A stretch of 43,942 nt of DNA, taken from a virus. The translations under genes were made by a program, and so were the position numbers. Each line of letters begins with the position of its first letter. Within the stretch, counting starts at the first letter, position 1. Positions 42,559-43,942 of this stretch are shown here, piece after piece. The stretch is from positions 1 to 43,942 of IMG/VR virus record IMGVR_UViG_3300000969_000009, one strand, 5' to 3'. The notes under the pieces were generated by a model. The model worked only from the letters and a program-made list of their open reading frames with translations. It searched no databases and was not told where the DNA came from.

Positions 42559-42582
42559 TATTTAACAACAGAGGATATAAAA

Positions 42583-42810
42583 GTGAGTAATAAAACAACA
42601 AGCGACTTAAGAAGTATTCTTTTTGAAGAAATTGTCTCCCTTAGAGAGGGAAAATCAACAGCAAGCCAAGCGACAGCAGTTTCCAAGCTTGCAACAAACA
42701 TAATTAATTCCGCATCGCTGGAGATTAGCGTAGCGAGAGTTCTTCAGGCTGAAAAAGAGCAGGAAGTTGATCGTGTAGGACTTCAGCCAATGCAGCTAGT
42801 CAGTAGTTAA
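42583..42810 (+). CDS. hypothetical protein
   Basis: 75-aa ORF with a GTG start and GAGGA 8 nt upstream. Confidence 0.55.
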   Translation: MSNKTTSDLRSILFEEIVSLREGKSTASQATAVSKLATNIINSASLEISVARVLQAEKEQEVDRVGLQPMQLVSS

Positions 42811-42812
42811 TT

Positions 42813-43361
42813 ATGCAAGTTATTGATGAAAAGTTTAATGGCGATCACATGGATGCAATTATTAACTTAGCCTTCTATGAAAGGGTTAATTTTAGCCTAA
42901 CCCCTGTTGGTAGAGCTTTAACTATGCGTCAATATTATGCGCCTCAATACTCTGATCAACAGCTTGCAGAAATTATTTCTACAGTTGATGAATCAGAGTT
43001 CCATTGCAATCTTTGCAAGTCAAAACTTAGATCTAATGGGTATGAAATTTGCAATATTGGTGGCAGAAGGGATCTAAATAGGCCGACAATACGCGACCTT
43101 AGAATGGATCAATTTTGCCAAGACAATATTTGCAATGAGGTTCGAGACTTTTTCAATATAAGAAATATTCATTCAGAAGATAGCTTGGATCATTCATATT
43201 TTGATGAAGAGATCGTTAGTGAAAAAATAGAGAAAAGAAGAAAGAAAGCAATAATTAAGAATCCAAAAATCCTAAAGAAAAGGTTCTCAGACCCGAAAGG
43301 TCTTCTTGATTTACTTTTATCTGAAATGTTGCGACAGGCAGCAATAGAAAAAACAACTTAA
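42813..43361 (+). CDS. hypothetical protein
   Basis: 182-aa ORF starting 2 nt after the upstream stop. It has a Cys cluster (CNLCKSK...C) and a basic C-terminal region. Confidence 0.65.
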   Translation: MQVIDEKFNGDHMDAIINLAFYERVNFSLTPVGRALTMRQYYAPQYSDQQLAEIISTVDESEFHCNLCKSKLRSNGYEICNIGGRRDLNRPTIRDLRMDQFCQDNICNEVRDFFNIRNIHSEDSLDHSYFDEEIVSEKIEKRRKKAIIKNPKILKKRFSDPKGLLDLLLSEMLRQAAIEKTT

Positions 43362-43392
43362 TAAGCCAAATCAGGCTTGAGGAATATTAAAA

Positions 43393-43896
43393 ATGAGTGG
43401 AGTTAATAAAGTAATCATCGTTGGCAATTTGGGCAACGATCCAGAAGTTCGTTATGCAGGTAATGGTTCAGCGATTGCGAATATCAGTATAGCAACGTCT
43501 GAAAGTTGGAAGGATAAGAACACAGGCCAAATGCAAGAAAAAACAGAATGGCACCGTGTTGTCATGTTTAATCGTTTGGGTGAAATCGCAGGCGAATACT
43601 TGCGTAAAGGTTCGAAGGTTTATGTCGAGGGCAAGCTTCAAACTCGCAAGTGGCAGACAGATCAAGGTGAAGACCGATACACGACAGAGATTGTAGCTAA
43701 TTCTATGCAAATGCTTGATGGCAAAGATGGTGTGGCTGGTGGCGGCACGCTTGGGAGCGTATCAAGCCAACAACCACAACAAGGAGGTCAAAGGCAAGCA
43801 CCACAGCAGCAACCAGCGCCACAAGGCGGCGGCGGTGCAAATGACTTCGATGACGACATCCCCTTCGCCAGCTATGAAAAAGGCTTAATCATCTAA
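43393..43896 (+). CDS. ssb: single-stranded DNA-binding protein
   Basis: 167-aa ORF. OB-fold N-terminus [18 protein letters not shown]...TEWHRVVMF, a Gly/Gln/Pro linker, and an acidic tip DFDDDIPF. Confidence 0.92.
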   Translation: MSGVNKVIIVGNLGNDPEVRYAGNGSAIANISIATSESWKDKNTGQMQEKTEWHRVVMFNRLGEIAGEYLRKGSKVYVEGKLQTRKWQTDQGEDRYTTEIVANSMQMLDGKDGVAGGGTLGSVSSQQPQQGGQRQAPQQQPAPQGGGGANDFDDDIPFASYEKGLII

Positions 43897-43897
43897 C

Positions 43898-43942
43898 CCT
43901 AACGCGCCTCATAACGGGGCGCTATAACCTTAATGGTGAATT
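43898..43942. repeat. second copy of the 45-nt terminal overlap
   Basis: Identical to 1-45. It contains the hairpin GCGCCUC-AUAAC-GGGGCGC (43904-43922) just after ssb. Confidence 0.9.

Noticed and set aside
42557-42569. boxA-like sequence AACTATTTAACAA upstream of the 42583 gene (10 of 13 matches to rrn boxA TGCTCTTTAACAA)
   Set aside because: The mismatches fall in the conserved 5-prime GCTC part. The match is mostly an A/T-rich tail that is expected by chance in this genome, and no adjacent boxB-like hairpin was evident.
1-43942. CRISPR arrays, insertion sequences, integrase with attP, toxin-antitoxin pairs, reverse transcriptase or retron, and DNA methyltransferases
   Set aside because: None of the translated ORFs shows the corresponding catalytic motifs. 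No regularly spaced direct-repeat array exists. The only tandem repeats are the 7-nt array at 36871-36926, which lies inside a gene.

Overview
The window is a complete, gene-dense genome of a tailed dsDNA phage with a contractile-tail gene set. The first 45 nt are identical to the last 45 nt, so the unique length is 43,897 bp and the record is circularly closed or carries a short terminal repeat. There are two transcription blocks. A plus-strand early block runs from 38791 through the junction to 4528. It encodes many small unknown proteins plus a recombination set: a Sak4-like ATPase, a Gp157-like protein, an EndoVII-type HNH protein and SSB. A long minus-strand block runs from 38486 down to 4566. 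In order it holds a small HTH regulator, a PD-(D/E)xK protein, a DUF1376-type replication initiator, DnaB, a nin-like region (Vsr-like nuclease, NinB), tRNA-Asn, a long non-coding leader, and two unusual large or small late proteins. It continues with terS, terL, portal, MuF-like protein, scaffold, capsid, neck, sheath, tube, chaperone, tape measure, baseplate, fibers, a lysis cassette and a terminal metallophosphoesterase-domain protein. I saw no integrase, CI-type repressor, CRISPR array, transposase or DNA polymerase. The signals most worth follow-up are non-coding. (1) A hairpin-dense segment of about 395 nt lies between tRNA-Asn and a strong intrinsic terminator, directly upstream of the late operon. 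It could be a novel phage ncRNA, an antitermination-controlled leader, or both. (2) A multi-hairpin element of about 200 nt at 42359-42558 is closed by a perfect 14-bp long-range inverted repeat. (3) An iteron-like array and a 23-nt perfect direct repeat lie inside the replication initiator gene, marking a candidate origin. Other points are a probable -1 frameshifted tail chaperone, intrinsic terminators inside the late operon, a near-leaderless regulator gene, and several unplaced proteins. All functional calls come from motif recognition by eye and from gene order. No database search was possible.
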